Below, piece by piece: positions 30,969 through 48,833 of a DNA stretch of 64,000 nt. Origin of the DNA: the human T2T-CHM13v2.0 reference genome, Homo sapiens; assembly GCF_009914755.1 (NCBI RefSeq), contig NC_060933.1. One strand, written 5' to 3'. The notes beneath the pieces are model-generated. The model had not been told where the DNA came from, made no database searches, and was given only the letters and a program-made list of their open reading frames with translations. How positions within the stretch are numbered: the first letter of the stretch is position 1; each line of letters opens with the position of its first letter. The translations under genes were made by a program, and so were the position numbers.

Positions 30969-31398
30969 CAGATGTTCCTGGACTTACAGTGGGGTTATGT
31001 CCTGAAAAACTCATCATAAGTTGAAAATAGTGTATATCAAAAATGCATTTGATATTGCCTAAGTCAATCATGATGACATAAAAGAAATAAGAAAAATACA
31101 TTTACTAGACCTATCTAGCTATGGTTACTAAACACCATTGCTTAACCTAGCCTATCTTAAGTGTGTTCAGAACTCTTAAATTAGTCTACGGTTGGACAGA
31201 ATAATCTGGCAACACAGTACACTGTAGAGTTGATTGTTTACTGTTGTGATTATGTGGCAGACTGGGAGTTGTGGCTCTCTGGCACTGCCTGGCATTGCAT
31301 AACTTAGCATACTGCTTTCTGTTGAATGTGTATTGCTTTTGCACCATCATAAAGCCCCAAAACCCTAAGTAGAACCATTGTTAGTCAGGGACCATCTG
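30969..31398. mobile_element. MER47-family TcMar-Tigger MITE with TA TSD, within a MIR relic
   Basis: ta|cagatgttcctggactta...ttagtcagggaccatctg|ta terminal inverted repeats. Confidence 0.85.
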
Positions 31399-32672
31399 TA
31401 GTAATAACACAACCACCATAGAATTGTGTTGGGGACCAAGTGAGATCATGTATGTAAAAATAATTTGTAAACAGTAAAGATTATACAAAATAAAATGTAT
31501 TAAGCTGTATTTCATTATGCACCCCTCTCAATAGTAAATATTATCTACAGAGTCAGGTCCACATACAATGGCCTGTTAGAAGTCCTCTGCAACAGGGCCT
31601 ATCCCTCATACCTTCTATATGAAACCTATTCTTCAGACAGTCCAAGCTTTCACAATTCCCTAAAGAAAGGATTACTTTTACATATCTATAACCTATGTGA
31701 ACACAATTCCCACTTCTTAGAATGTCCTTCCATTTAGGTTTCCAAATTGAAACTCCACTCATTTTTAAAGGTTTAATTCAAGTACCATTTCTTATTAGTT
31801 TGTATCAGGCATGTGTCACTCGTTATACCCATTACTGTATTGTAGAAATGTGGAGCCAGGTGCGGTGGCTCACACCTGTAATCCCAGCACTTTGGGAGGC
31901 CGAGGTGGGCGGATCACAAGGTCAGGAGTTTGAGACCATCCTGGCTAACACGGTGAAACCCCATCTCTACTAAAAATACAAAAAAATTTAGCCAGGCGTA
32001 GGTGGTACATGCCTGTAGTCCCAGCTACTTGGGAGGCTGAGGCAGGAGAATGGCGTAAAACCCGGGAGGCGGAGCTCGCAGTGAGCCAAGATCGTGCCAC
32101 TGCACTCCAGCCTGGGAGACAGAGTGAGACAGAGCGAGACTCTGTCTCAAAAAAAAAAAAAAAAAAAAAAAAGAAATGTGGGTATACATGCATGATCTCC
32201 CTATAAACAGGAAGCTTTCTGAGTAAGTGAAAGTATTGTGCCTAATTGATGTTTTTTGATTTTTTTTTTTTGAGACAAAGTCTCCCTCTGTCACCCATGC
32301 TGCAGTGCAGTGGCACAGTGGCGCAATCTCGGCTCGCTGCAGCCTCTGCCTCCTGGGCTCAAGCCATTCTCCTGTCTCAGCCTCCCGAGTAACTGGGATT
32401 ACAGATGTGCACCACCACGCCAAGCAGACTTTTGTATTTTTAGTAGACACGAGGTCTCACCATGTTGTCCAGGCTGGTCTCAAACTCCTGACCTCAGGTG
32501 ATCCGCCTGCCTCAGCCTCCCAAAGTGCTGGGATTACAAGTGTGAGCCACCGCACCTAGCCTATGTCTTTTGATTGTTTAAGGTGCTTTGAATAGCCTTG
32601 GCATTCAATGTATATTTGCTAAAGGATAGAATAAATGAATAAACTCAGAATTAGAAACTTGTTTTATATGCC

Positions 32673-33368
<696 letters not shown>

Positions 33369-34689
33369 ATACCTTTTTTTAGATGCTATAACTGGATACT
33401 ATAACTATGTTTATGGTCATCTTCAATGGGCATGTAAATCTATTTGGTGGAACCCATTGGACATTCAAATGGTTTTGTGTGAATTTTTTTTTTCTTGTCT
33501 GGGAAAGATGGTTATAGAGATAAAAACTTTTTTCCCCTAAAAGATTCTGTTAAATTCTGCATGAAATCTCCCTGGAGAATGGAGTCATTTGGAGAATGTA
33601 TTTTATTTTCTATTTACTTTTCAATCTATAAAGTCTGTTTTTATCTGTTATTTCTTTTCAACCTCACAGCAGTGGCGAGACACATGTATTATTCTTCTGT
33701 TTGTAAATGAGAAACTTCTGACTCAAAAGTTTAGTGACTCAACCAAAGCTTTGGAGACCACAAAGGCAGAGCCAGGCCTCAAACCCAGGTCTTTGGATAC
33801 CAAAGCCAGTGTTCTTTCTTCTATACCACAGCTGCCATCTGGCAATTGGCAAAAACTTACTTTATTTCTTTTGTTTCTCTTTAGGCAGGAACAGCTCTGA
33901 AAATATACTTAAAAAATTAAGTCACTTAGGTTATTTTTTCTTTTCAATATGTCATAATTGGATACTGTGTATAGATGATGTGATGAAATAAGTCTCATAT
34001 AAGGCTCTATGTGTATATTTCTCCTAAGATGCTCTTGCCCTGAATTGTGTTTTTGAGTCTCAGGGAATGTATTCATTGCTGTGCCACTTGATGTAGTCAC
34101 AGGAAACCTATTCTGATAGAAAAAGCCATCTGTCTTTAAAACACCTTTTTTTTTTTTTGAGATGGAGTCTCACTCTGTCACCCAGGCTGGAGTGCAGTGG
34201 TGCAATCTCGGCTCACTGCAACCTCTGCCTCCCTGATTCAAGCAATTCTCTGCCTCAGACTCCCAAGTAGCTGGGTTTACAGGCTCCCACCACCACACCT
34301 GGCTAATTTTTGTATTTTTAGTAGAGACGGGGTTTCCCCACATTGGCCAGGCTGGTCTTGAACTCCTGACCTCGTGATCCACCCACTTTGGTCTCCCAAA
34401 CTAGGGGTGACTCCTAGTTCAAGATGGCAGTGTGAGCACACTCATTTATTCCTCTCTCCCATGACTAATTTAAAATAATATCAGGACAATAAAAAAAGAC
34501 ATAGCCCACAGAAATGAAGAGAATTGCAGGTAGTAATGAGCAGATGAGAAGAGGGAAAACAGAGGCTTTAAGAGGTTTATAAGAAAGCAGAGAGGAGGCT
34601 GGGCGCGGTGGCTCACGCCTGTAATCCCAGCACTTCGGGAGGCTGAGGTGGGCGGATCATGAGGTCAGGAGATCAGACCATCCTGGCTA

Positions 34690-35119
<430 letters not shown>

Positions 35120-35799
35120 TCAAAGAAAGAGTATTTCCATAGCTACAGGGAGATCTTCAAAATCAAAGGATCGTGGCCAGGTGCGTTGGCTCATGCCTGT
35201 AATCCCAGCACTTGGGAGGCCGACGCGGATGGATCACCTGAGGTCAGGGTTCAAGATCAGCCTGACCAACATGATGAAGCCCCATCTCTACTAAAAGCAC
35301 AAAAATTAGCTGGGTGTGGTAATCCCAGCTACTCCAGAGGCTGAGGTAGGAGAATCGCTTGAAACGGGAGGCAGAGGTAGGAGAATCGCTTGAATCGGGA
35401 GGCAGAGGTTGCAGTGCGCCGAGATTGTGCCACTGCACTCCGACCTGGGCAATAGAGCCAGACTATGTCTCCAAAAAAATAAAAATGAAAAAAAAATCAG
35501 CTGGTCCTGGTGGTGTACACCTGTAATCTCAGCTACTGGAGTGGCTGAGGCAGGAGAATCGCTTGAACCCAGGAGGCAGAGGTTGCAGTGAGCTGAGATT
35601 GTGCCACTGTATTCTAGCCTGGTGTCAGAGTGAGACCCTGTCTTAAAAAAAAAAAAAGGAAGAAGGCCCACCTTTAGGGACCTCATGATGAAATCTCAGA
35701 ACACCAAAGATTCTAAATGAAAATTTACATCCATGCACCCTTACTTGAGAATGTAAGCCTGTAAAATGAGGGTGAAAACCAAGAAAAGAAGAAGACGTA

Positions 35800-36670
35800 T
35801 GATTGGGTGGTAATGAATTTAACCTTGTCCCAAAAGAAATGGCCTTTGTCTTGAGCTTTTGGGAGTCATCTCTAAGCCCTTGGATCCTCGTGTCTGACAG
35901 GAGTGTCTTTGTTTGCCTGGAGGGCTTTGGCTAGCCAGACAGTAACAGATGTGATTTAGGGTGGAGCTTTGATCCATGCCAAAAATGTGATTTAAGATGA
36001 GAGCTTTGGGTCACACCTTGAGTGACTGGAGACTGGAAACTAAAATTAGCTATGTGAATAGTCAATCATGTTTTTGTAATGGAGCCTCAATAAAAGCTCT
36101 GAACACAGAGGCTCTGCTGAGCTTCCCTGGTTAATGATAGCCTGTGCTTATTGTCATACATCAATGCTGGAAAAGTACTATGTCCTGATCCATGGGGAGA
36201 GGAAAATGGAAGCTCTGCATTTGGTTCTTTCCTAGACTCTGCACTATGCACTTTATCCTTTGACTGATTTTAATCTATATCCTTTCTCTGTGGTAAATCT
36301 TAACTGTGAGTGTAACTCAGAAAGTTCTGTGAGTCTTTCTAGCAAATTATCAAAACTGGAGATGGTTTGGACAACTCCTCAAACTTGCAATTTAATGAGG
36401 ATGGTCTTTTTTCTTTTGAGACAAAACCTCACTCTGTCAGTCAGGTTGGGGTAGCTGGGACTACAGGCACATGCCACCAGGCCCAGCTAATTTTTTATCT
36501 TTTGTAGAGATGGAGTCTCAGTATGTTGCTCAAGCTGGTCTCGAACTCTTGGGCTCAAGTGATCCTCCCACCTTGACCTCTCAAGTGCTGGGATTACAGG
36601 TATGAGCCACTGCACCTGCCCTGAGGGTGGTCTTGTGTGGGCTGTGTTCCCTCTAACTTTGCAGTTGTCT
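35800..36670 (+). mobile_element. MER21-like ERVL LTR interrupted by an old Alu fragment
   Basis: tgtgatttagggtgg...caataaaagctctgaacacagaggctc...gagcttccctggtt...ttctgtgagtctttctagcaaattatcaaa. Confidence 0.7.
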
Positions 36671-36840
36671 TAAGTCTTCCCAGGGCTATACGAATGGTAG
36701 TACTAGCTTAGAGGAATATTAAAACAGCATCCAAGTATAGGGCTGTGTTCCCTCTAACTTTGCAGTTGTCTTAAGTCTTCCCAGGGCTATACGAATGGTA
36801 GTACTAGCTTAGAGGAATATTAAAACAGCATCCAAGTATA
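36639..36840. repeat. Perfect tandem duplication, 2 x 101 bp
   Basis: 36639-36739 is identical to 36740-36840 (gggctgtgttcc...catccaagtata). Confidence 0.97.
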
Positions 36841-37539
36841 ACAGTTGTGTGACCAAGAAGAAAATTAGTCTAATTTAGGAGAGTAATCAGCAGACTTACA
36901 GAAGTCTATTTTCAAGGAAATGAATGGAGTATATTTCAGATAATAGCTGCTGCTAATGAAAAGTTGCAAAATATTAGGATATGGTGGAAAAAAACCTATG
37001 AGTCTTAACAAAGCAAAAATGAATAGCCAGAAACTCTAGCTAAATCATAACATTTACCAGAATGTCATGTTCCAAATATGAAATAATTTAAAACATGATC
37101 TTTTTCAGCCATTGGTAAAATATTAGAGAGGATAATCTATTTAACCTTGGTGCTAGTGTATTTTCTTTTGAGTGACACAATGATTACAGGATCAGAAATG
37201 TAGTCAAGGGAATGTAATTATTAGCACTCTCTGGCTCTGTGATGAATAATGTGATGAATAGTCATAATAATGCAAAATTTGTTTATTGATTATCAGCTTT
37301 TAAAATAAACCGATGCACAAAGCATGGAGGAGTTAATCCTGATTAAGGACAGAATGTAAACACTCTCAGCTTTGATGATGTTAAAGTAAAGCTCTAGCTG
37401 ACAGATTTTGGAAAATGAAAAGTAAATAGGGAAGAGGGAAGAAGTGGTAAGGATGCAAATGCTCTCATTTTATAAAATGAGGCATCAAGAGAATCTGTTG
37501 AAAATTGAAATAGTAATGACAAATTAAATAGCAATGACA

Positions 37540-38960
37540 AAAATGATCCTGAGAGCAGTGTGGAAGAGGATGTTCTATCTGGAAAAAATAGAAAATGCTG
37601 AATTCACTGCACACTGTAAACAAAAATATTAATTCCAGGTAAATTATAGACCCTTTCAAAGGCAAAACAGTAAGGCTTTAAAAGATAATACAGAAAAAAT
37701 AGATTCATAATCTCTATATGGGAGAGTGATTTTAAAACATATTAAACATTAAGAAGCCCCAACCTTTAAGATAAGGATTGATGAATTTGATTACAGTGAA
37801 ATAAGAACATTAAAAATAAAATAGTGGGTGGGGGGCGATGGGAGGGACCTTAGAGGATAGACCAATATGTGCAGCAAACCACCATGGCACACGTATACCT
37901 ACGTAACAAACCTGCACATTCTGCACATGTGTCCCAGAATTAAAGTAAAATTTAAAAAATCGTAAAAAGGCAAGCCATGGACTTGAAAATATCTGGAATA
38001 CATGTTTAATCAATATTTGTTATAGCCAACAAAGGACCCATATCCAGAATATCTGAAGAGCTTATACACCCCAATAAGAAAATACAACTTAATAGAAAAA
38101 TGAGCAAATAGTTTTCAACAGCCACTTCAAAACAGGATATAACTAGTTGATCAATAAGCATATGATAAGATATTCAATCTCAGCCACCAGAAAAACACAA
38201 ATTAAAACAGTAAAGAGGTACCACTACACACCTCTCAAAATAGCTAAAATTTAAAAAGACTGAAAAAGAGCAAGGATTGCTCCTGGAACTCTCCTCCACT
38301 GCTGGTGAAAAGAGAAACTAGCTTAACCAATTTGGAAAGCAATTTGGCTTTATTGATTAAAGTTAAAGATACCATACCTCATGACCTAGCAATTTCTCTC
38401 TTAGGTATATATCTAAAAGAAATATATGCCCATGTGTACCAGGAGACATGTATAAGAAAATTCATAACAGCTTTATTCACAATAGCCTAAACCTGGGAAC
38501 AACCAAAATATTCATCCATGGGAGCATGGATAAATAGTTGTAAGGCTCTCTCTCATGGAATTCTATATAGCAGTGAATATTAATGGACTGCAGCTGAATG
38601 CTACAATATTAGTGAATCTCATGAACATAATACTGAGCTAAGAAAAGCCTGATGCAAAATAATATATAGTGTATGATTCTATTTACATAAAATTCAAAAA
38701 CAGGTGAAATTATAGTGTTGAGTGATGCATCCTTGGATAGCAAAAATATAAAGAAAAGCAAGGAAGTTATTACTAAAGAAGTCAGAAGAGTTTTATGTTT
38801 TAGGAAAAGGGAGTGAGTTATGCCTTGGAGAGGCATGCAGGAACCTTCTGGGGACTGACACTCCTTTATTTGACCTGAGTAGCCATTTCAGGGAGGTTTG
38901 CTTTGGAATACATCTCTGCTTTATGTATTTTTTTGGCGTGTGACCTATTTCACAAGCTGA
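37540..38960 (+). mobile_element. Ancient L1M 3' fragment with a short L1PA 3'-end insert (~37820-37960)
   Basis: Degenerate ORF2/3'UTR motifs (catgacctagcaatttctctcttaggtatatatc); insert gcagcaaaccaccatggcacacgtatacctacgtaacaaacctgcacattctgcacatgt. Confidence 0.75.
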
Positions 38961-39882
38961 AAAGAGGATTTAAATAAAAAGAACTAGTGGTTTAAGAAAG
39001 TTATTTAAATAACAAAGGTAACCAATGGAGAAACTAAAATAGTGCTGTAACTGCTAAAAATTGAGAGATGTAGACCAGTGTAATAAGCTAACTTCTCCAC
39101 TGTGGTCACAGGAAGTTAATAAGAAAATTTCCAAATTGATACACATATTATGAAATAAGAACCCAAACCAACTGTAAAAGCGTTGTTCTCTGTTATGTAA
39201 TTTCCTTCTTAAAATAATGCATACTTATTAATTTTATAATCAAGAAAAACTATCATGTTATATTAACATTTTTATATTTTTTAAACATCTGTGTGACTGA
39301 ACAACCAGATTAGAAACAAACAAATTTGTTGACTGAGTTAACTTAGTTTGAGGAATTTTAACTTTTTAGTGAGTTGTTTTGTAGTGCCCTAAATATTTAT
39401 TGAAACAATTTTATATATTCAATGTAAAAAATTCTCTTTTCTCTGTGTAACTTTCAGATCACTTGTGAGAACTTTGAGAAGCATCCAAAGAGATTGAAGA
39501 ATTTTTTTGTTTTAGTAGCAAAATCTTACTTATTGTACAATTATTTAGAACTGTGATAGAAGAGTTTTTATTGTTGCCTTTCCTGACTTCAATTCATTTT
39601 AAAGGCATTTTTATTAATAAATAACATAATGTGCAACGGCTTTCATAAACCACTCCCACTCCCACCCCTGTGTCATCCCCGTAAAACTAAACAAACCAAC
39701 TGAAATCTCTGCACTTCTACAAAAACTCAGTATGATGTCCCTCATAAGAATTAATGTAAGGAACCAGGGTCGGTGGCTCACGCCTGTAATCCCAGCACTT
39801 TGGGAGGCCGAGGCGGGTGGATCACCTGAGGTCAGGAGTTCAAGACCAGCCTGACCAACATGGAGAAACCCCGTCTCAACTA

Positions 39883-40146
<264 letters not shown>

Positions 40147-42987
40147 TTATTTATTTATTTTATGAGACGGAGTCTTGCTCTGTCGACCAGGCTGGAGCGC
40201 AGTGGCGCGATCTCGGCTCCGCCTCCCAAGTTCAAGCCATTCTCCTGCCTCAGGCTCCCAAGTAGCTAGGACTGCAGGCGCCCGCCACCACGCCCCTCTA
40301 TTTTTTTGTATTTTTAGTAGAGACGGGGTCTCACCATGTTTGCCAGGATGGTCTCGATCTCCTGACCTCGTGATCCAACTGCCTCGGCCTCCCAAAGTGC
40401 TGGGATTACAGGCGTGAGCCACCGCGCCAGGCCGGAAGTGTAACTTTTAATATCAAGCACTCACATTTTAACGTGGCTTTTTAACTAGGGCAAGACCCTA
40501 CAGATCATTTTAATTATCAATATAAGTCCATTTGAGCTCACTGATAAACCACACGAGAGAAAAAGTTGCTTTTCAAATAAGGAAAGCCTTTTAATTGCTT
40601 GTCTGCATTTACTTTTTTAAGATTAGTTTTTGTTTTTAAAAAGAAGCAGATTTAGCCTGAAAAACATATGCAAATTTTCCTTCCAAAAGTGCTTTATTTA
40701 AAAAAAAAAAGCTTAAAAAAAGTAGTATGAAATAGGCAAATATTCTTCCAATATAAAAGAAAAGGAATTTGAAAGTTGAGATTCCACTTTGTTAAATTAA
40801 CTACTAAAAATATGATGGATTAAACTTTGAGACTCTTGGAAAGTGTTACCATAATATTTATGATGAAATCATTAATTTTGTAAAGGGAAAACATTCTTGT
40901 TCCAACTCAGTAGTTCTTTTTCACTTTCTGGCTAACATAGAAAAATAAATATGACATTGTTCTGAGGAATCTGTTGTCCCAAAGCAATTAAGAAGCAAAT
41001 CAATGAAATATTCTTGTAAATCAAAGCAGTTATCTTCTTATTTTTTATTGTGTACTTTGAACTCGCTTTTTAGGGAAGCATGTTGAGACATCTGAATTCC
41101 TTTGCCTTTAGATTTTGGAACTATTTTGGTCTTATTTCAATTGTTAACTATCTCTCTGCTTGTAATGTCTCAATACTTTTGAGTGTTCACAGTAAAAAGA
41201 ATAAAGGCACCCACTGCACTCATTTATGACATGGACTGGACAGGAGCCACTCAAATGTCCACGCTGAGTTCTGGCAAGTCACATTGCCTCTGGTCTTGTG
41301 TTTTGGTTTGGTGGGCACACTTCTGTCCTTGTTCACACTTTCAATCCACATTTCCAAAGAACGGCCATTTTAATCCACCTGTGCTAAAAACATTGGTTAG
41401 GTCTTCTTTCTCTAAGAAGGTTGCATTTCAGGTATGAGATTTAGAAAATAACTATAGGCATAAAGGTCAGCCAATCTGTTTTCAAAACAGGGCTGACAAG
41501 TAAGCAGGTGCAGGCACTAAGTTCAACTTACAAGTGTAAACTCTACTTCAAAATCAGTTCTGAGTCATCTGCTCTGTCTGTTAGGCACTCTTGTTTACAG
41601 TACATCTTTAGCCTTCTCATGTAGCAATACTATTGGTAAGTGGTATGCATAAGAAAAAAAACAACTTGATCTTGACAAAATGTGTACCCTATGTGTGGTG
41701 AAGAGACGTTTTGGAAGGTCTTGAGCAATTTTTTAAAATGCCTGTGTGTGTGTACGTACCCTTTATGTAATATTTAATGACTCGTGTTCTAAGAGGGTGT
41801 GTTTTTCTTTCTTAAAGAGCTGGCAGCTGGCCTATCCTCTTAGAAATGGGAAATTTCTTAAGCTAATTTGCACAAGCAGGCTATGTGTTTTGACGACGAA
41901 GCTGTAACTCTTTGTCCAGACAGTATTGCCAATTATCTGTGAATATCCTTATTAAGTAAAGACTTCAGAAAAAAAAAAAAAAGCCAGATCTTTTTATTAG
42001 CTTGTTTTGCATATAAGCTTTCAGGATAGTTGTATATTAATGTCACTTCTAAAGAAGAAAGGAGTTATTTAAAGGGATGACCTGATTATCTTGATAAAGA
42101 AAATATTAGAGCTGCAACCCATTTTCTGAAAAATTGGCCTTGGATTTGAGTGCAGTCCGGAAGGTGAAAATTTTGAATTGAATTTTAAACTCTAGGACAA
42201 TAAAGTTTGAGCCAAATCATTTACTCTTTCTGTTTCTTAGTTTTCCAATCTGTTAAATGAGAATCAAAGCATTTATGTATATTTCTTCTTATAGGGAAAT
42301 AAAGCATTGGTAATTGATTAGAAGGTACAAATCAGTGCACATGCATTTGTTCTGTCTGAAATACTAAGCCAAGCATCATCTTCATCTGCTCCTTCCTTAT
42401 GAGACCAATGTGCACCCTTGGGGTCATCACATATCTTATGGCAAGGAAAAGCCCTCTATCTGTAGTGAGACTTCAGAGGTAGAAATAAATTTTTGTGCCA
42501 CATAGAGCTCAGATAACCAGGAAACAGCCAAAATAAAGATAGATTTTGTGAAAATTATGTTTCATGTTTTTGAAAATTTAAGAGCATTTTCTCAGAGAGA
42601 AAAAACATGCATGGATGGGGGCTAGAATCAGAAATAAAGAAGGTGAAGAGGTTGTAGCAATCACTCTTCTGACGGTCTTTAAAACAGAAAAATAAAAATA
42701 AAAATAAATAAAAATAAGCAAAAAATGTAATTCCCCAACAGATGAAGGAGGAATTGGTTTTGTTACTTTTTAGAGGTCCTTTTAGTTTATAACATGCTGA
42801 TGTGGGTTATTACATCAGCCACCAATTAGCATATGAAGTGCCAACATATATGCCAAGCTATGCACTATGTGTTGGGAACTGAAAAGTGAGTAAGAGGCTG
42901 GGAGCGGTGGCTCACGCCTGTAATCCCAGCACTTTGGGAGGCCGAGGTGGGCAGATCACTTGAGGTCAGGGGTTCAAGACCAGCCTA

Positions 42988-43224
<237 letters not shown>

Positions 43225-44051
43225 TTAACCTTTCATGGCAGAGAAATACATACAAATAATTACAATACTATGTGATAAGTGTTAGACTAGTGGCAAAAAC
43301 CTGTGCTGAGATTACGAATTTTGCCTGGGCTGGTTGGGACTGAAGAAGTAATATTTGTGCTCGGCCGTGAAGACTGAGGGGAGGTTAGGCATGGCAGGTC
43401 ATCCTAGGAAGAGAATACAGCTTGAACAAAGACATGGAGAAATGGATGCCATTGGTTTATGGGAAATATTTTAGAGACGAGGTAAGTGTTTGAGCGTCAG
43501 GCAGTTCCAGGTTTTTAACCCAGCTATGTGGCCATTCACTGGCTCTATGATTTGGGGTACATTACTTGGCCTCTCTGAACCTCAGTTTCTGCATCTTTAA
43601 TATAGGGACATTATTGCCTATCCTGGCAAGTTGCTGTGAGCATTACATGAAAAAATAAGTATAAAGGGCCTGACACAGTGCAAGGACATAGTAGATGTTC
43701 ACTAAATGATCACTGTTACCCTGTCTCCTTGAGTGGGTTGCAGCTATTAATATGGAACCACATATAGTTGTGACAAGTCTTCTGTGAAATGGAAGTAACA
43801 CCTACTTTCAGGGTTGTTTTGAGGATGAGAGGTAGTATCAGACAGAGGTCCAATAATGTGCTCAAGAAACAGTAGTTATGATTACAATTATTATAACACT
43901 TCTCTTTGAAAGACCAAAAGACATGCATATTTTACTTATATTGAATAAATTATGAATTTGTGTGTGTGTACAGAATTGTACTTTCTGCTAGACCAAAGCA
44001 GAAACTTGCATTACCTTGAAGGTAATGTGTCATATTAATGAATATGTTTTA

Positions 44052-45649
<1,598 letters not shown>

Positions 45650-46951
45650 TTACATGTAATCTAGTATAAATTAACCATGTTTGCTTTTTTCATTTCTGTG
45701 TTTCTGCACTGGACACCATACCAGGCACCCAGTAGATGTTTAAAGAAATAGCTGCTACATGAATTAGTCGGTAGCTCTCTAGATGGCTTTCTCAAACACA
45801 TTCTGTTTTTAATGGAGGAAAAGAGTTTTAGATCCTGAAACTGCCTTTTGAAAACCAAGTTTCCAAGCCATTTGAACAGTTGTGGTGAGGATCATGCTGC
45901 TCCACAATCTGTGCCTGGAGGATGCACTGGTCCAACCCGTAATTGTCATTGTAAACAGTTATTATATCCATGATGATTATTATGACATTTCTAATAACTA
46001 TGATTGTAGAGTTCAACCTAGTGTTATATCAATAAACCTAGACCAGAATGTCTTATGAGTTTACTTCATACTTCTTCTTTTTGGAACCTTATTGAGATGA
46101 CAGAAATGGTAAAAAAAAAATCGAGCACTTTTTAGTTTCCCAAAGAACCCTTCTTACCTTTATCCTCTGTCCAATTGCATATGCTTCTGAGAGGTTTTGT
46201 CCCCATAACCGCTTTAGAAAACTTCTCTTTCTAGCTTTAATTATAAGCATTGATAATAATAGAGATGGTTACATGTAGGGTGGCTCAAGCTTGTTAAAAT
46301 GACACTGACTCTCTGACTTAAAAATACTGGATTACATAAGGAAAAATCAGCATGGATGCACTTGAACTTCCTTGTCACAAAATGCAGCTACAACCTCAAA
46401 GTACAAATTATCCCTTCTGCCGGCTTCTAAGCAGAGCTGTGCCTAAGCCATGACACACAAAAGCACTTTTGTCTTACTTTCAAAGCACTGTTTAAAAAAA
46501 AAAAAAAAAAAAGATTCACAACTTTCCTTGAAAATCTATCTGTTCTTCAAAAACTTATTTGGTTCACAATCTAAAAACAAAATTTTTGTAATGTTGTAAA
46601 TTTAGCATAGGTCCTCTTGTTTTTTTCTTTGTAGAAAAGAAAATATACGTATATAACCAACATTCTTTTTATTGTAATCAGTTATTTGGCCTAGATTTAG
46701 ATTCCTTCAGCTGGTGGAGTTTGAAAATCTTTTCTTTCATAGATTTGAAAACTAGTGAATTTAGTTGGGAATTTATACTCTGTAATTTTAAGAAGCTCTC
46801 TGGCTTTTTCTCAAACTTGAATCTACTTTTAGTTGAGACATTTGATATTTTAGGTGCTGCCTTTAGGGTTCACAGCCATTACTATCCTGATCCTTCATGT
46901 TCAATTGCTCTTTTCCTCATTGTCATTTTTTCACTGAGTAGCTACTATTAG

Positions 46952-47176
<225 letters not shown>

Positions 47177-48226
47177 TGACAAGGCTGGTCTTGAACTCCT
47201 GACTTTGTGATCCACCCACCTCAGCCTCCCAAAGTGCTGGGATTGCAGGCATGAGCCACCATGCACGGCCTAAGATGGCTATTTTTGTAGGCCAAAAAAA
47301 AAAAAGACAATCATAAATAATTATTGAACACATACCATGTACAAAGCAAAGGTTCAATTATATGGAGAAAGAAATTCAAAGGCAGAATATCAAACAACAG
47401 CATTTCAAAGGTTCACTCTGTACTGTCTGAGTCTAATTTTCTATTTGTTAACAATGTTTTATCTGGCACCTAACTTTTAAAAATTACTTGTTTGTAAACC
47501 ATGTAGTGAATTAACCTGACCAAAAAAATTCAGCAAAAAATTTTCTTAAAGTTTGTAGGTTTAAGAAATGAAAAAGTTGTGCAAATGTGTCGAAAAATAG
47601 TTAAATGATATGAAAATCCTTAAAATAAAAACTTAAAGTTCTTTTCTTACCACCTGGAGTAAATTGTCTTAACAACTTTTATTTTACTCCAGACCTCTTT
47701 TTTTCTTTATTTTGCATATGAAATAAAATCTGCAAGTTTTTTTTTCCCACTCAGAATTACGTCATGGACAATTCTTTTATATACAAACACTTCTGAAATC
47801 AAGAAGAGCCAACATGTCTACTCTTAAAGGGCCTTTAAAAAAATCACTTCCCATATTCAATTGCTTTTTAATTGAGTACTTTTCAAAATTAGCCTTCATT
47901 ATTGTAATTGCCCAAAAACATTAAAAGAAGGCATATATCCTCAAAACACTTTCATTTAAAACCATCTTTTAAAGAACATAAGGTACATGAAGTAACCACG
48001 TGATTTTGGCACAGTGGGTTGAAAACAAAACCAAAATAGTTACTCAAATGTTTTATCTATGCTATACCAAATAAGAGCGGACTTAGCATTCTTGAAAAGA
48101 ACAAACTATGCTCCCAGGGAGCACAGAGGTGCCACGGCTGATAAGAAATAATGTTGGTGTCATCTTAATTCTAGAAAAAAATTAAAAGAACTTGGAATTT
48201 CTACATTAGGTTCACCTTCCCTTTAA

Positions 48227-48469
<243 letters not shown>

Positions 48470-48687
48470 TGAGGTGATCTGCCCCCCTCAGCCTCCCAAA
48501 GTGCTGGGTTTACAGGCATGAACCACCATGCCTGGCCTAACTTTTTCTTAAATCTTTGTCATCTTTTACTGCTTATTTGCTGATGAGCACAGGAAATCAA
48601 ACGAGTAGGTGGCATACAAATTTTAATAGAAAATCTCTGACATAACTCACTGCATTTAGTTTAACAACCTTTTAGTTAAGGTAGAGT

Positions 48688-48833
48688 ATAACATATATAT
48701 GTGTGTGTATATATATGTGTGTATATATATGTGTATATATGTGTGTATATATGTATATACATGTGTAGATATGTGTGTGTATATATATGTGTATATATAT
48801 GTGAATATATATATGTGTATATATATATATATA
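48688..48833. repeat. (TA/TG)n compound microsatellite
   Basis: atatatatgtgtgtgt-type iterations. Confidence 0.92.
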
